NCBI GenBank assembly: GCA_934447715.1
Contig: CAKSER010000003.1
Coordinates: forward strand, 42,307 to 106,306
Direction: 5' to 3'
DNA: 64,000 nucleotides
DNA from: an uncultured Eubacteriales bacterium
Lineage (GTDB): Bacteria > Bacillota > Clostridia > Oscillospirales > CAG-272
Shown here: positions 27,524-35,295 of the stretch, piece by piece
Layout of the letters: every line of letters starts with the position of its first letter
How positions within the stretch are numbered: position 1 is the first letter of the stretch
Notes under the pieces: model-generated
Told to the model about the DNA's origin: nothing
What the model saw: only the letters and a program-made list of their open reading frames with translations
The model's database searches: none
Made by a program: the position numbers and the translations under genes

Positions 27524-28867
27524 TCACTGTACATTCATAGATGAAACGCGTACATACGGACCGCCGAAGCCTACAGGCAGCCCCGCCTGCTCCATCTTTC
27601 CGCAGCCGCCCGTAACAAACGAAAGCAGCGTAACATCGCGCGTAAGTCCGTCAATCAGACCGAGCGTTTCAAAGACCGAGCCGGTGAGCACGCTGATCTG
27701 AACCGGACGCCCGAGCTTGCCGTCGACGATTTCATATGCAATGCTCGGCGCGATCGTGAAGGTGCTCATGCCGCTTCCGTGATTGATGCTCTTTATAAAA
27801 TAGCCCTTTTTGATCGGCGCGATCAGCTGATCGAAATCAAGCTCGCCGCCCTCAATATATGTAGTGGTCATGCGCACGATCGGCTCAAAGGTGCAGTCGA
27901 TCGCACGGGCATTTCCGGTTATGTCCTCGTCAAGCGCCGCAGCGGTCTGCGCATTGTGCAGCCTGCCTGCAAGCTTTCCGTTCTTTATAAGATAATTCTT
28001 GCGCGCGCGTGTTCCCTCGTCGTCGTAGGGGACATATCCGCTTCCTAAAACAGAGCCGCATTCGGCGATCGATAAAATAGGCGAGCCGACGGTTTTGCCG
28101 ATCTGCCACTCGTCGCGCATTGTCTCGTCGGAGAGCATGAAGTCGGATTCGGATTTGTGTCCGAAGGATTCGTGCGCAAAGACCCCGGCAGCCTCCGGCG
28201 AAAGCACGACGGGATATTTTCCGGGGGTAACCGGCACCGAGTTTCTCATAAAGGCGGTCTGCTCCGCTGCCGCCTTTCGCAGCTCGTCCTCAACTCCCGT
28301 AAGCTCGTCAAAGCGCGTTGCTCCCTTCTGCCAGTGTCCGGTAAATTTCTTTTCGCCCTCCGCCATGCTGCATAAAAATGCGATTCCGCAGGTCTGGTAG
28401 TCGTATGTAATATCCGCGCCGAGGCTCGATTTGAAACAGAAAATGCTGTTTCGGTCAAGATACATGCCGATAGTCAGGGTGATTGAGGGATCGTCCGAAA
28501 CAATCGGCAGATATGAAAGCAGCAGAGCCTGCTTGTCCTTTTGCGGAATGTCGCGTACCGAGCAGTCGGCAAACGACATTACCGTATCGCGGTTGCATTC
28601 AAAACGGCGCACCACGGGATCGTCAAGAATTGCCGGATTCGGGGTGGCAGCTTCGTAAAGACCGTCAAGCGTCTTCTGCAGATTTGCAAGATCGGTTACC
28701 GATGCATAGTACCACATTTTTCCGTCGTATACACGCAGAAATGCGCGGCGCTCGACACGGGTTTTCATTTCCTCAAGAACCCCTGACTGATAGGTAATTA
28801 CGGTCCGGCTGCGGTCCTCGGTCCGTACATCCGCATAAAAATCCTTTCTGAACTGTATCGAAATCAT
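27524..28867 (-). CDS. tldD: TldD family metalloprotease
   Basis: 447 aa. Contains HESFGH (an HExxxH motif) and a Gly-rich C-terminus. GGAGG SD present. Confidence 0.85.
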   Translation of the reverse strand: MISIQFRKDFYADVRTEDRSRTVITYQSGVLEEMKTRVERRAFLRVYDGKMWYYASVTDLANLQKTLDGLYEAATPNPAILDDPVVRRFECNRDTVMSFADCSVRDIPQKDKQALLLSYLPIVSDDPSITLTIGMYLDRNSIFCFKSSLGADITYDYQTCGIAFLCSMAEGEKKFTGHWQKGATRFDELTGVEDELRKAAAEQTAFMRNSVPVTPGKYPVVLSPEAAGVFAHESFGHKSESDFMLSDETMRDEWQIGKTVGSPILSIAECGSVLGSGYVPYDDEGTRARKNYLIKNGKLAGRLHNAQTAAALDEDITGNARAIDCTFEPIVRMTTTYIEGGELDFDQLIAPIKKGYFIKSINHGSGMSTFTIAPSIAYEIVDGKLGRPVQISVLTGSVFETLGLIDGLTRDVTLLSFVTGGCGKMEQAGLPVGFGGPYVRVSSMNVQ

Positions 28868-28918
28868 AAAGGATGTCCTCCTGTCTTTGTCTATTTGATT
28901 TGTTGTTTCCTTTTGCTT

Positions 28919-29794
28919 TCAGTTTGTGAAGATGTTTACGGCAACATATTCATCGTTGTATTTGACAACAGCGATTGCGGTGTGCCCGAAGATGCTGTTG
29001 ATCATATTCCTGTGATGACCGGGAGAACCTATCCATCCGTTAACAGCTGTTTCCGCAAAATTACCATATATAATTAAATTTCTGCCAATATTTTCTGCCA
29101 TCGCAGTATAAAAAGTGTCAAATGCTGTATCCGGAGTGGAACCGTCCGGACGAGTATGAGAGTAATTTGTTGTTGCTTCCTGTGCCCTGATTTTCGTGCC
29201 GTAATACAGCTCCTCGTCCCAAACAAGCGGAGCAACCCCGTTTCTTGCTCTTTCTTCGTTGATCAGCTTGAAGATTTCCATCTCGATATCATAATAGTCG
29301 TGAGTAGCAGTGTGGACCTGCCTGACCTTCGGAATAACCGAGCCGTATGAGAGCAGTATGCCGCAGCCTTTGCAGTAGGTGTCGCCGGTGTACCCCTCGG
29401 AAGAAGTTGTTGCGTCCTTTTTGTTCCGGATTTCGGTGTCCGAGTGGTCGCATACCTTTTCCGGAGGCGCTGTCTCCTGCTTTTTTGAGGTAGCAGGCGG
29501 CGCAGTTACCGGGGGATTGGTCGCCGGTGGATTTGTAGTCGGAGGATTGGTCACCGGAGGATTGGTCGCCGTAGCGCTTGTAACAGGCGCATCGGTTATA
29601 GCGGCGGTCGACTGTTCGCTTTCTGTCTTATTGATTTCCTCAGAGCCTTTTTCCGTCTCGGCTGATTCTGTGCCGAGAGCCGTGCTTGATTCGGTGTCTT
29701 CTGCCGTGTCCTCGGCAGTATCATCCTTTTTGCTGCATGAGGCAAGAGGCAGCAGTAAAAGCAGGGCGAGAATGCATGCTGTAAGTTTTTTCAT
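28919..29794 (-). CDS. lipoprotein with a Thr/Pro linker, a Cys-rich EGYTGD motif and a C-terminal CAP/SCP (YkwD-like) domain (paralog 1)
   Basis: 291 aa. Lipobox LPLASC, TNPP repeats, CDHSDTEIRNKKDATTSSEGYTGDTYCKGCG. CAP-like end: NGWIGSPGHHRNMINSIFGHTAIAV. Confidence 0.75.
   Translation of the reverse strand: MKKLTACILALLLLLPLASCSKKDDTAEDTAEDTESSTALGTESAETEKGSEEINKTESEQSTAAITDAPVTSATATNPPVTNPPTTNPPATNPPVTAPPATSKKQETAPPEKVCDHSDTEIRNKKDATTSSEGYTGDTYCKGCGILLSYGSVIPKVRQVHTATHDYYDIEMEIFKLINEERARNGVAPLVWDEELYYGTKIRAQEATTNYSHTRPDGSTPDTAFDTFYTAMAENIGRNLIIYGNFAETAVNGWIGSPGHHRNMINSIFGHTAIAVVKYNDEYVAVNIFTN
29360..29794 (-). repeat. 435-nt near-identical 5' segment shared with paralog 2
   Basis: Read side by side with 30332-30766, roughly nine of ten positions match. 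The CAP-domain 3' parts of the two genes are far more diverged. Confidence 0.85.
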
Positions 29795-29863
29795 ATTTGT
29801 CCTTCTCCTGGCCTGTTGGTGATTTGTAAGTGCTGAATTTAAAAATTAAAAACCGAAAACCGC

Positions 29864-30766
29864 TTATCCGACAAAAATGCATGCGGCGTGGTAGGTTTTT
29901 TCTGCAAAAAAGATCGCAACCGCCATCTGGGAGTATTCGCTGTCAAGCATGTTTGCTTTATGGGCAGGCGAGTCCAGCCATCCGTCAACAAAGCCGTCTA
30001 TATTGGAGTTTCCCCCACAATTTTCTCCCCATACGTCGAAGCTTCCGAAATCGTAATCGGAGGTTTCTGTTACAGCCGTATAAAAATCGTCGCCGTTTTT
30101 CCTTTTGTGCGGCCCTGCACCGATTCCGAGGTCGATAAACTCGTAATGCTCCTTTGCTCTGATTTTACAGCCGGCATAAAGCGCTTCATTCCATCTGAGC
30201 GGCGCGACACCGGCTTTTGCTCTTTCTGCGTTGATTTCGTTAAAAATCTTCATTTCGGCATCCTTATAATCGTGGCTTACCGAAACGGTTTGCTTAATCT
30301 TAGGAATGCTCGAACCACTCGAAATCAGCTTGCCGCAGCCTTTGCAATAGGTATCGCCGGTGTACCCCTCGGCAGAAGCCGTTGCGTCCTTCTTGTTTCG
30401 GATTTCGGTGTCCGAGTGGTCGCATATCTTTTCCGGAGGTGCTGTCTCCTGCTTTTTTGAGGTGGCAGGCGGCACAGTTGCCGGGGGCTCGGTCGCTGGT
30501 GGATTTGTTGTCGGAGGGTTGGTCACCGGAGGATTTGTCGTAGAAGCGCTTGTTGCGGGCGCATCGGTCAAAGCGGCGGTCGACTGCTCATCTTCCGTTT
30601 CGCTGATTTCCTCAGAGCCTTTTGCCGTCTCGGCTGATTCTGTGCCGAGAGCCGTGCTTGATTCGGTGTCTTTTGCCGTATCCACGGCAGAATCATCCTT
30701 TTTGCTGCATGAGGCAAGAGGCAGCAGTAAAAGCAGGGCGAGAATGCATGCGGTAAGTTTTTTCAT
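29864..30766 (-). CDS. lipoprotein with a CAP/SCP (YkwD-like) domain (paralog 2)
   Basis: Start moved to ATG 30766 (MKKLTACILALLLLLPLASC). The first ~145 codons are nearly identical to paralog 1. CAP-like end: DGWLDSPAHKANMLDSEYSQMAVAI. Confidence 0.75.
   Translation of the reverse strand: MKKLTACILALLLLLPLASCSKKDDSAVDTAKDTESSTALGTESAETAKGSEEISETEDEQSTAALTDAPATSASTTNPPVTNPPTTNPPATEPPATVPPATSKKQETAPPEKICDHSDTEIRNKKDATASAEGYTGDTYCKGCGKLISSGSSIPKIKQTVSVSHDYKDAEMKIFNEINAERAKAGVAPLRWNEALYAGCKIRAKEHYEFIDLGIGAGPHKRKNGDDFYTAVTETSDYDFGSFDVWGENCGGNSNIDGFVDGWLDSPAHKANMLDSEYSQMAVAIFFAEKTYHAACIFVG
30332..30766 (-). repeat. 435-nt near-identical 5' segment shared with paralog 1
   Basis: Partner of 29360-29794. 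Confidence 0.85.
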
Positions 30767-30779
30767 AACCGTTTTCCTT

Positions 30780-31889
30780 TCACCTGCCGTACTTGCCGAT
30801 AAAGACATTATCGGCAATATAGTCTACAGGGCCGGTTTTCTTGACCGCTATTGCAGTATGTGTGTACTTCGGCCACAGGATGTTTTCCCTGTGCCCCGGA
30901 GATTCCATCCAGTTTTTAACCAATCTTTCTGCAACCTCGGTTGCGTCGTCATATCCTGCGGACGCTGCAAGATTTTCACCCCAGGTAGTAAAATCCGCCG
31001 TGGTATAATTGGAATTTTCAATGATCGCGGAAATAAATGTGTCTCCGTTCGGCCTTGTGTGTCCCCATTTTTCGTCTGCTTCGTTTACTCTCACCTTGGT
31101 GCCGGGATACAGCTCCTCGTCCCAGATGAGGGCGGCAAGCCCCTCCTTTGCCCTTTCTTCGTTTATAAGGCGGAGTACCTCTGTCTCGATCTCCTTGTAA
31201 TCGTGTGTTGCGGTATATATCTTCCTTTTCGGAATGACCTCTCCCTTGTCGAACACCTGCTTGCATCTTTGGCAGATCCAGTCGCCGGTGTAGCCCTCGC
31301 TTTCTGTTGTCGCAGCCTTTTCCCCGACCTTCTGAATGTCGTGACCGAGGTTCTTGCCGTATGTTCCGTTGCTGATTGTGACATGGCAGATAGCGCAGCA
31401 CACATCGCCGGAGTAGCTTTCGTGCTCGCAGTCTGCTTCTCTTTTATTAATTATGTATGTTTTTTCATGCTTGCAGCTGCCGTATTCCGGCGGCTGTGCG
31501 TCGTTTGATGTTGTTTTTTCCGGAGCCTTTGTCTCGGGCGCTTTTGTCTGCGGAGCATTGGTTTGCGTTGCCTTGGTTGTCTTTACGTCCTCATTCTGCG
31601 TTGTCTGCTCTGTTTTCGGTTGAGTATCGGTGCTTTCGGGAGCATCCGTATAATCGGATTCGGACTCCTTGTCGGATTCCGCATCCGTTACAGGCGCGGT
31701 GTCCTCCGGCATTGCCGAGCTGTCCGAGGCAGAATCAAGGCGGTCCCCCGGCAGCTCCTCCTGCTTTTTGCAGGAGAAAAGAAGAAGCGAAAAGAGCATT
31801 AAGATCGACAAAGCCCCTGCTGCGGCATTCATGTAAAACGGGCGGCTTGCCCTTGTCGGTTCTCTTAATGACGGCTTGATATGTTTCAT
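30780..31889 (-). CDS. lipoprotein with a duplicated Cys-rich motif and a CAP/SCP (YkwD-like) domain (paralog 3)
   Basis: 369 aa. Lipobox LLFSC. CKHEKTYIINKREADCEHESYSGDVCCAICH plus ATTESEGYTGDWICQRCK. CAP-like end: KNWMESPGHRENILWPKYTHTAIAV. Confidence 0.7.
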   Translation of the reverse strand: MKHIKPSLREPTRASRPFYMNAAAGALSILMLFSLLLFSCKKQEELPGDRLDSASDSSAMPEDTAPVTDAESDKESESDYTDAPESTDTQPKTEQTTQNEDVKTTKATQTNAPQTKAPETKAPEKTTSNDAQPPEYGSCKHEKTYIINKREADCEHESYSGDVCCAICHVTISNGTYGKNLGHDIQKVGEKAATTESEGYTGDWICQRCKQVFDKGEVIPKRKIYTATHDYKEIETEVLRLINEERAKEGLAALIWDEELYPGTKVRVNEADEKWGHTRPNGDTFISAIIENSNYTTADFTTWGENLAASAGYDDATEVAERLVKNWMESPGHRENILWPKYTHTAIAVKKTGPVDYIADNVFIGKYGR

Positions 31890-31944
31890 AGCAGCTGTTC
31901 CTTTGATTATTTATAAAATAAAATTGAAGGGATGATCTAAGGCA

Positions 31945-31973
31945 ATTATATAGCTATAAAAGAAAAAAGTCAA
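31945..31973 (-). promoter_or_regulatory. sigma-A type promoter for the CAP-lipoprotein genes (possibly continuing into tldD-tldE)
   Basis: TTGACT-17 nt-TATAAT on the minus strand. Confidence 0.6.
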
Positions 31974-32012
31974 CCGAGGAAGGGGCAAATCGGAAAAAAA
32001 GCAAAAAAACAC

Positions 32013-32041
32013 TTGACAAACCAAAAGCAATCTGATATAAT
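32013..32041 (+). promoter_or_regulatory. sigma-A type promoter for rplJ-rplL
   Basis: Perfect TTGACA-17 nt-TATAAT. Confidence 0.65.
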
Positions 32042-32047
32042 CGCAAG

Positions 32048-32239
32048 GTAAACCAAAGACAGCAGGTTTAATTTAAAGTAAAAGCAAGCGAAAGCAAGCT
32101 ATCCTGCCGAGGCAAGCATCAATGATCCGGAAGGTCGGGAAACGGCTTTTGGATTTATAATATTGAAGTTTTGTGCCTGCGGCTGTCTATATGACCTGCA
32201 GGTTTTTTGATTGATTTTGTTATGGAGGTGAAAATCAAA
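32048..32239 (+). promoter_or_regulatory. probable ribosomal protein L10 leader (autoregulatory 5' UTR of rplJ-rplL) with an attenuator-like hairpin
   Basis: A ~190-nt structured leader lies between a consensus promoter and rplJ. It ends with CCTGCGG...CTGCAGG followed by TTTTTT just before the SD. This position matches the known Firmicute L10 leader, but I did not verify the covariance model. Confidence 0.5.
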
Positions 32240-32797
32240 ATGGCAAGCGCAAAGATTCTTGAACAGAAGAAGGCTCAGACAGCAGCTCTTACAGAACAGA
32301 TCAAGAAGGCTCAGGCAGGTGTCATCGTTAACTACGCCGGCATCACGGTTGAGCAGGATACAGCAATGAGAGCAGCGCTCCGCAAGGCAGGTGTTGACTA
32401 CAAGGTCTACAAGAACACAATGTCCGAGCGCGCATTTGCAGAGGCCGGATATGAAGAGCTTAAGCAGCATCTTGTCGGAATGACCGCAATCGCAACAAGC
32501 GAGACAGATCCGGTAGCTCCGGCTAAGATTCTTAAAGAGTATGCAGAGAAGATCGAGACATTCGAGCTTAAGGGCGGATTCGTTGACGGAGAGGTTCTGG
32601 ACAAGGCAGGTGTTGTAGCACTTTCCGAGATTCCGAGCAAGGAAACACTTATCTGCAAGATCATGCTCGGCATGCAATCTCCGCTTTACAAGCTGGCATA
32701 TGCTCTTCAGGCTATCATCGACAAGGGCGAGCAGTCTGCAGAAGCTCCCGCAGCAGAAGCAGAGGCGCCGGCAGCAGAAGCACCGGCGGCAGAATAA
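32240..32797 (+). CDS. rplJ: 50S ribosomal protein L10
   Basis: Start at ATG 32240 (MASAKILEQKKAQ...) with a GGAGGTG SD. Lies upstream of rplL. Has an Ala/Glu/Pro-rich C-terminal tail. Confidence 0.95.
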   Translation: MASAKILEQKKAQTAALTEQIKKAQAGVIVNYAGITVEQDTAMRAALRKAGVDYKVYKNTMSERAFAEAGYEELKQHLVGMTAIATSETDPVAPAKILKEYAEKIETFELKGGFVDGEVLDKAGVVALSEIPSKETLICKIMLGMQSPLYKLAYALQAIIDKGEQSAEAPAAEAEAPAAEAPAAE

Positions 32798-32990
32798 TTC
32801 GGTCGGCAGGCGGCGAGAGGCAAGCAGCCGGTAACATGCGGCAGGCGGTACACAACAGGCGGTACACAACAGGCGGTGGGCACATGCAGCGGTCGGCAAA
32901 TCGGTCGGCAGCAGAAAACCCCAGCCAAACAGCACCCCGGCTTGGGTGCACAAACAAAAACTTTGAATAATTTGAAAGGAAATAAGAAAA

Positions 32991-33368
32991 ATGGCTAGCG
33001 AAAAGACTACACAGATTCTTGAAGAAATCAAAGGTCTGACCATTCTTGAGATGGCTGATCTCGTAAAGGCACTTGAAGAGGAATTCGGCGTAACAGCTGC
33101 ACCGGTTGCAGTTGCAGGCGCAGCAGGAGCAGCTCCGGCTGCAGCAGCAGAGGAGAAGACAGAGTTCGACGTAATTCTCGCTTCCTTCGGCGCAAACAAG
33201 CTCGCAGTTATCAAGGCTGTCCGTGAGGCTACAGGTCTCGGACTTAAGGAAGCTAAGGAGCTCGTTGAGGGCGCACCGAAGCCTGTTAAGACCGCTGTAT
33301 CCAAGGAAGAGGCTGAGGCTCTTAAGAAGGCTCTTGAGGAGTCCGGCGCTTCTGTTGAGATTAAGTAA
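32991..33368 (+). CDS. rplL: 50S ribosomal protein L7/L12
   Basis: 125 aa. An Ala-rich hinge and C-terminal [22 protein letters not shown]. Confidence 0.97.
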   Translation: MASEKTTQILEEIKGLTILEMADLVKALEEEFGVTAAPVAVAGAAGAAPAAAAEEKTEFDVILASFGANKLAVIKAVREATGLGLKEAKELVEGAPKPVKTAVSKEEAEALKKALEESGASVEIK

Positions 33369-33393
33369 TTTAATCCCGAAAAAAGCAATAGAG

Positions 33394-33436
33394 ACGGCAG
33401 AGAATGCAGCAAAATGCGTTTTCTGCCGTTTTTCCT
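33394..33436 (+). terminator. intrinsic terminator after rplL
   Basis: ACGGCAGAGAA...TTTTCTGCCGT followed by a T-run. Confidence 0.7.
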
Positions 33437-33547
33437 TTTTTACTTCCGTTTTTTTCTATTTATTGACAGCTTTTTTGCGCCCTTCAACCGATTTCTGCCT
33501 CTTTTCGGGGCGAATCGTGCCGGATTCGGAAATTTTTTAATAAATTG

Positions 33548-33576
33548 TTGACTTACTTTTATAATTTGTCTATAAT
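33548..33576 (+). promoter_or_regulatory. sigma-A type promoter for the 33638 gene
   Basis: TTGACT-17 nt-TATAAT. Confidence 0.55.
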
Positions 33577-33637
33577 GATTATAAGAAGAGCATAAATTAC
33601 ATGAATCAAATAACATAAAAACAGAAAGGGATCAGCT

Positions 33638-34528
33638 ATGGATAACCCGACAAAAAGAATCTGCCCGAATTGCGGCGCCGAGGTCGAGGGAAGCGCATTA
33701 TTCTGCACCACCTGCGGAAGAAAACTGCCTGACGGAGAAGCTCCGAAAAATATAAGCTACGGCATAAAAGCGGAAAACGAGCCGGCAAGCTCGGCAAATG
33801 ATGCAGAAAACAAATCGGAGTCTGCAGGAAAGTCCGAAAATGAATCCGCAAACGAGCAAAGAAACGAACAGCCACCGGTAAATGAAGCTCATGACGGTGA
33901 ACAGGAAAGAGCCGAGTATACGGCTTATGTGGGCAAAACGAGTGGGGCAAACGAAACAGGCAGAAACGGGGAATATTACGGCGCATACGGCTTTGAAGCA
34001 GATCGGGATGCCGGTGCAAAATATGAAGCAGGCACAAGCATGCCGGCAGAACCGAAAGCAGATCCTAAAAAGGACGAAAACAGCGCCCCGATCAGCACCT
34101 TCGGCTTCTTCGGAATCCTTCTTCTCTGCGCAATACCGGTTGTCGGACCGATTCTGGTAATTATCTGGGCATGCGGAGGCTGCCGCAAGAAGCAGAAGAC
34201 GACCTTTGCGCGCGGTGCACTTCTCAAATTCGCCGTCGATATCATTATCTTTTTGATCACAGCCGGAATTCTTTTTGCCGCATTTGCCGGTCATATTAAA
34301 AAAATCGTGTCAAACGGCGGCTTTGATGAATACATCGATGACTACTTCGAGGAGTTTTTTGACCGGTTCGAGGAATTTAAAAATCAGTACGAGGAATCAA
34401 AAAAGGACGACCGGAAAAATGATATCCGAAAGGATAATGACCGAAAGGACGAAAACGGTTCTAAAGAAACCGCCGGTTCAGCCATCACCGAAAGCGCCGA
34501 GGCCCCCGAAACCGGGCGTCCGCAATAA
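33638..34528 (+). CDS. zinc-ribbon domain membrane protein, function unknown
   Basis: 296 aa. N-terminal CPNCGAEVEGSALFCTTCG, a polar linker, two TM segments and a charged tail. Confidence 0.6.
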   Translation: MDNPTKRICPNCGAEVEGSALFCTTCGRKLPDGEAPKNISYGIKAENEPASSANDAENKSESAGKSENESANEQRNEQPPVNEAHDGEQERAEYTAYVGKTSGANETGRNGEYYGAYGFEADRDAGAKYEAGTSMPAEPKADPKKDENSAPISTFGFFGILLLCAIPVVGPILVIIWACGGCRKKQKTTFARGALLKFAVDIIIFLITAGILFAAFAGHIKKIVSNGGFDEYIDDYFEEFFDRFEEFKNQYEESKKDDRKNDIRKDNDRKDENGSKETAGSAITESAEAPETGRPQ

Positions 34529-34603
34529 GCTTTGCCCGATTTTTAACAATTATCAGCAATTCGGCTTATCTTAAAAAGCTAAGCCCATCCTTATAAAATT
34601 ATC

Positions 34604-34637
34604 AAAACGCCGCAAAAAAGCGGCGTTTTGAATTTTT
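34604..34637 (+). terminator. intrinsic terminator after the 33638 gene
   Basis: AAAACGCCGC-aaaaaa-GCGGCGTTTT followed by GAATTTTT. Confidence 0.75.
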
Positions 34638-34723
34638 GACGGCGTAAATCATTCAAAAATTCCTCTTCTGCCTGTATTTATGTGATTTTATATGCCGATT
34701 GCAAAAATTAATTGTGAAAAAAG

Positions 34724-34752
34724 TTGCAATGAGGATGTTTTTTTGATATAAT
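34724..34752 (+). promoter_or_regulatory. sigma-A type promoter firing into the tandem-repeat array
   Basis: TTGCAA-17 nt-TATAAT. The first repeat unit begins 17 nt after the -10 element. Confidence 0.6.
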
Positions 34753-34768
34753 TCACATAAGTATAAAA

Positions 34769-35215
34769 ACGCGGTATTAAAATTTTCTAAAACCAAAAGT
34801 CAGTTTTCCGCGTTCTATAAGTTTAATGCTTCGCATTAAACTCAGAGTATGTTCTGTGCTGATTTATAGTACAGCAAGCGCGGTATTTAATTTATCCATA
34901 ATTTAAAGTACAGTCTTCCGCATTCTATAAGTTTAACGCAAAGCGTTAAACTTAAATGAAATTATGTACTAATTTACAGCGCGGCAGACGCGGTATTAAA
35001 TTTTTCTAGAACCAAAAGTCAGTCTTCCGCGTTCTATAAGTTTAATGCTTCGCATTAAACTCGGGTGATGTTCTGTGCTGATTTATAGTACAGCAAATGC
35101 AGATATAAATTGCACCTGATTGTCTTATATAAGTCAAGCTGCAATCCTCTGTATTAAACTCGGATAAAGTTTTGTGCCGAGCCGAAATTCGGCAGACGCG
35201 GCATACATTCTGCCG
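34769..35215 (+). repeat. array of tandem ~110-nt structured repeats (units A, B and C intact, D decayed, plus a stub)
   Basis: Unit starts at 34769, 34878, 34988, 35097 and 35206. Each intact unit has a perfect 9-bp hairpin at 34821-34841, 34931-34951 and 35040-35060. See findings. Confidence 0.9.
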
Positions 35216-35295
35216 CACCATACTTTAAATATGCTTTTACCTGATTTTAAATCAAATATATAAAAAGACCATGCAGGAATGCTACGGAGAGGGAT

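Noticed and set aside
29360-30766. Diversity-generating retroelement (template/variable repeat pair) as an explanation for the near-identical CAP gene segments
   Set aside because: The mismatches between the two copies are mixed transitions and transversions, not adenine-specific. No reverse transcriptase gene is present.
30360-31508. 382-aa plus-strand ORF
   Set aside because: It is antisense to CAP-lipoprotein paralogs 2 and 3, which have clear signal peptides, domains and SDs. The product is a Val/Gly/Ala-rich mirror of the Thr/Pro linkers.
32099-33412. 437-aa minus-strand ORF, the longest unassigned ORF in this part of the track
   Set aside because: It lies exactly antisense to rplJ, the spacer and rplL. 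Its product is low-complexity (Ala/Ser/Cys/Leu-rich) with no SD or promoter. It is a typical shadow ORF opposite highly expressed genes.
34827-34907. Small ORF MLRIKLRVCSVLIYSTASAVFNLSII inside repeat unit A (a possible leader peptide)
   Set aside because: It has no SD. The equivalent ORF in unit C stops after 7 codons, and unit B has no matching ATG, so coding is not what the repeats conserve.
34769-35215. CRISPR array, or integron attC sites, as an explanation for the 110-nt repeats
   Set aside because: The units are contiguous with no unique spacers. They are far longer than CRISPR repeats, and no cas genes are nearby. The hairpin arms do not fit the attC R/L core pattern (GTTRRRY), and no integrase is present.
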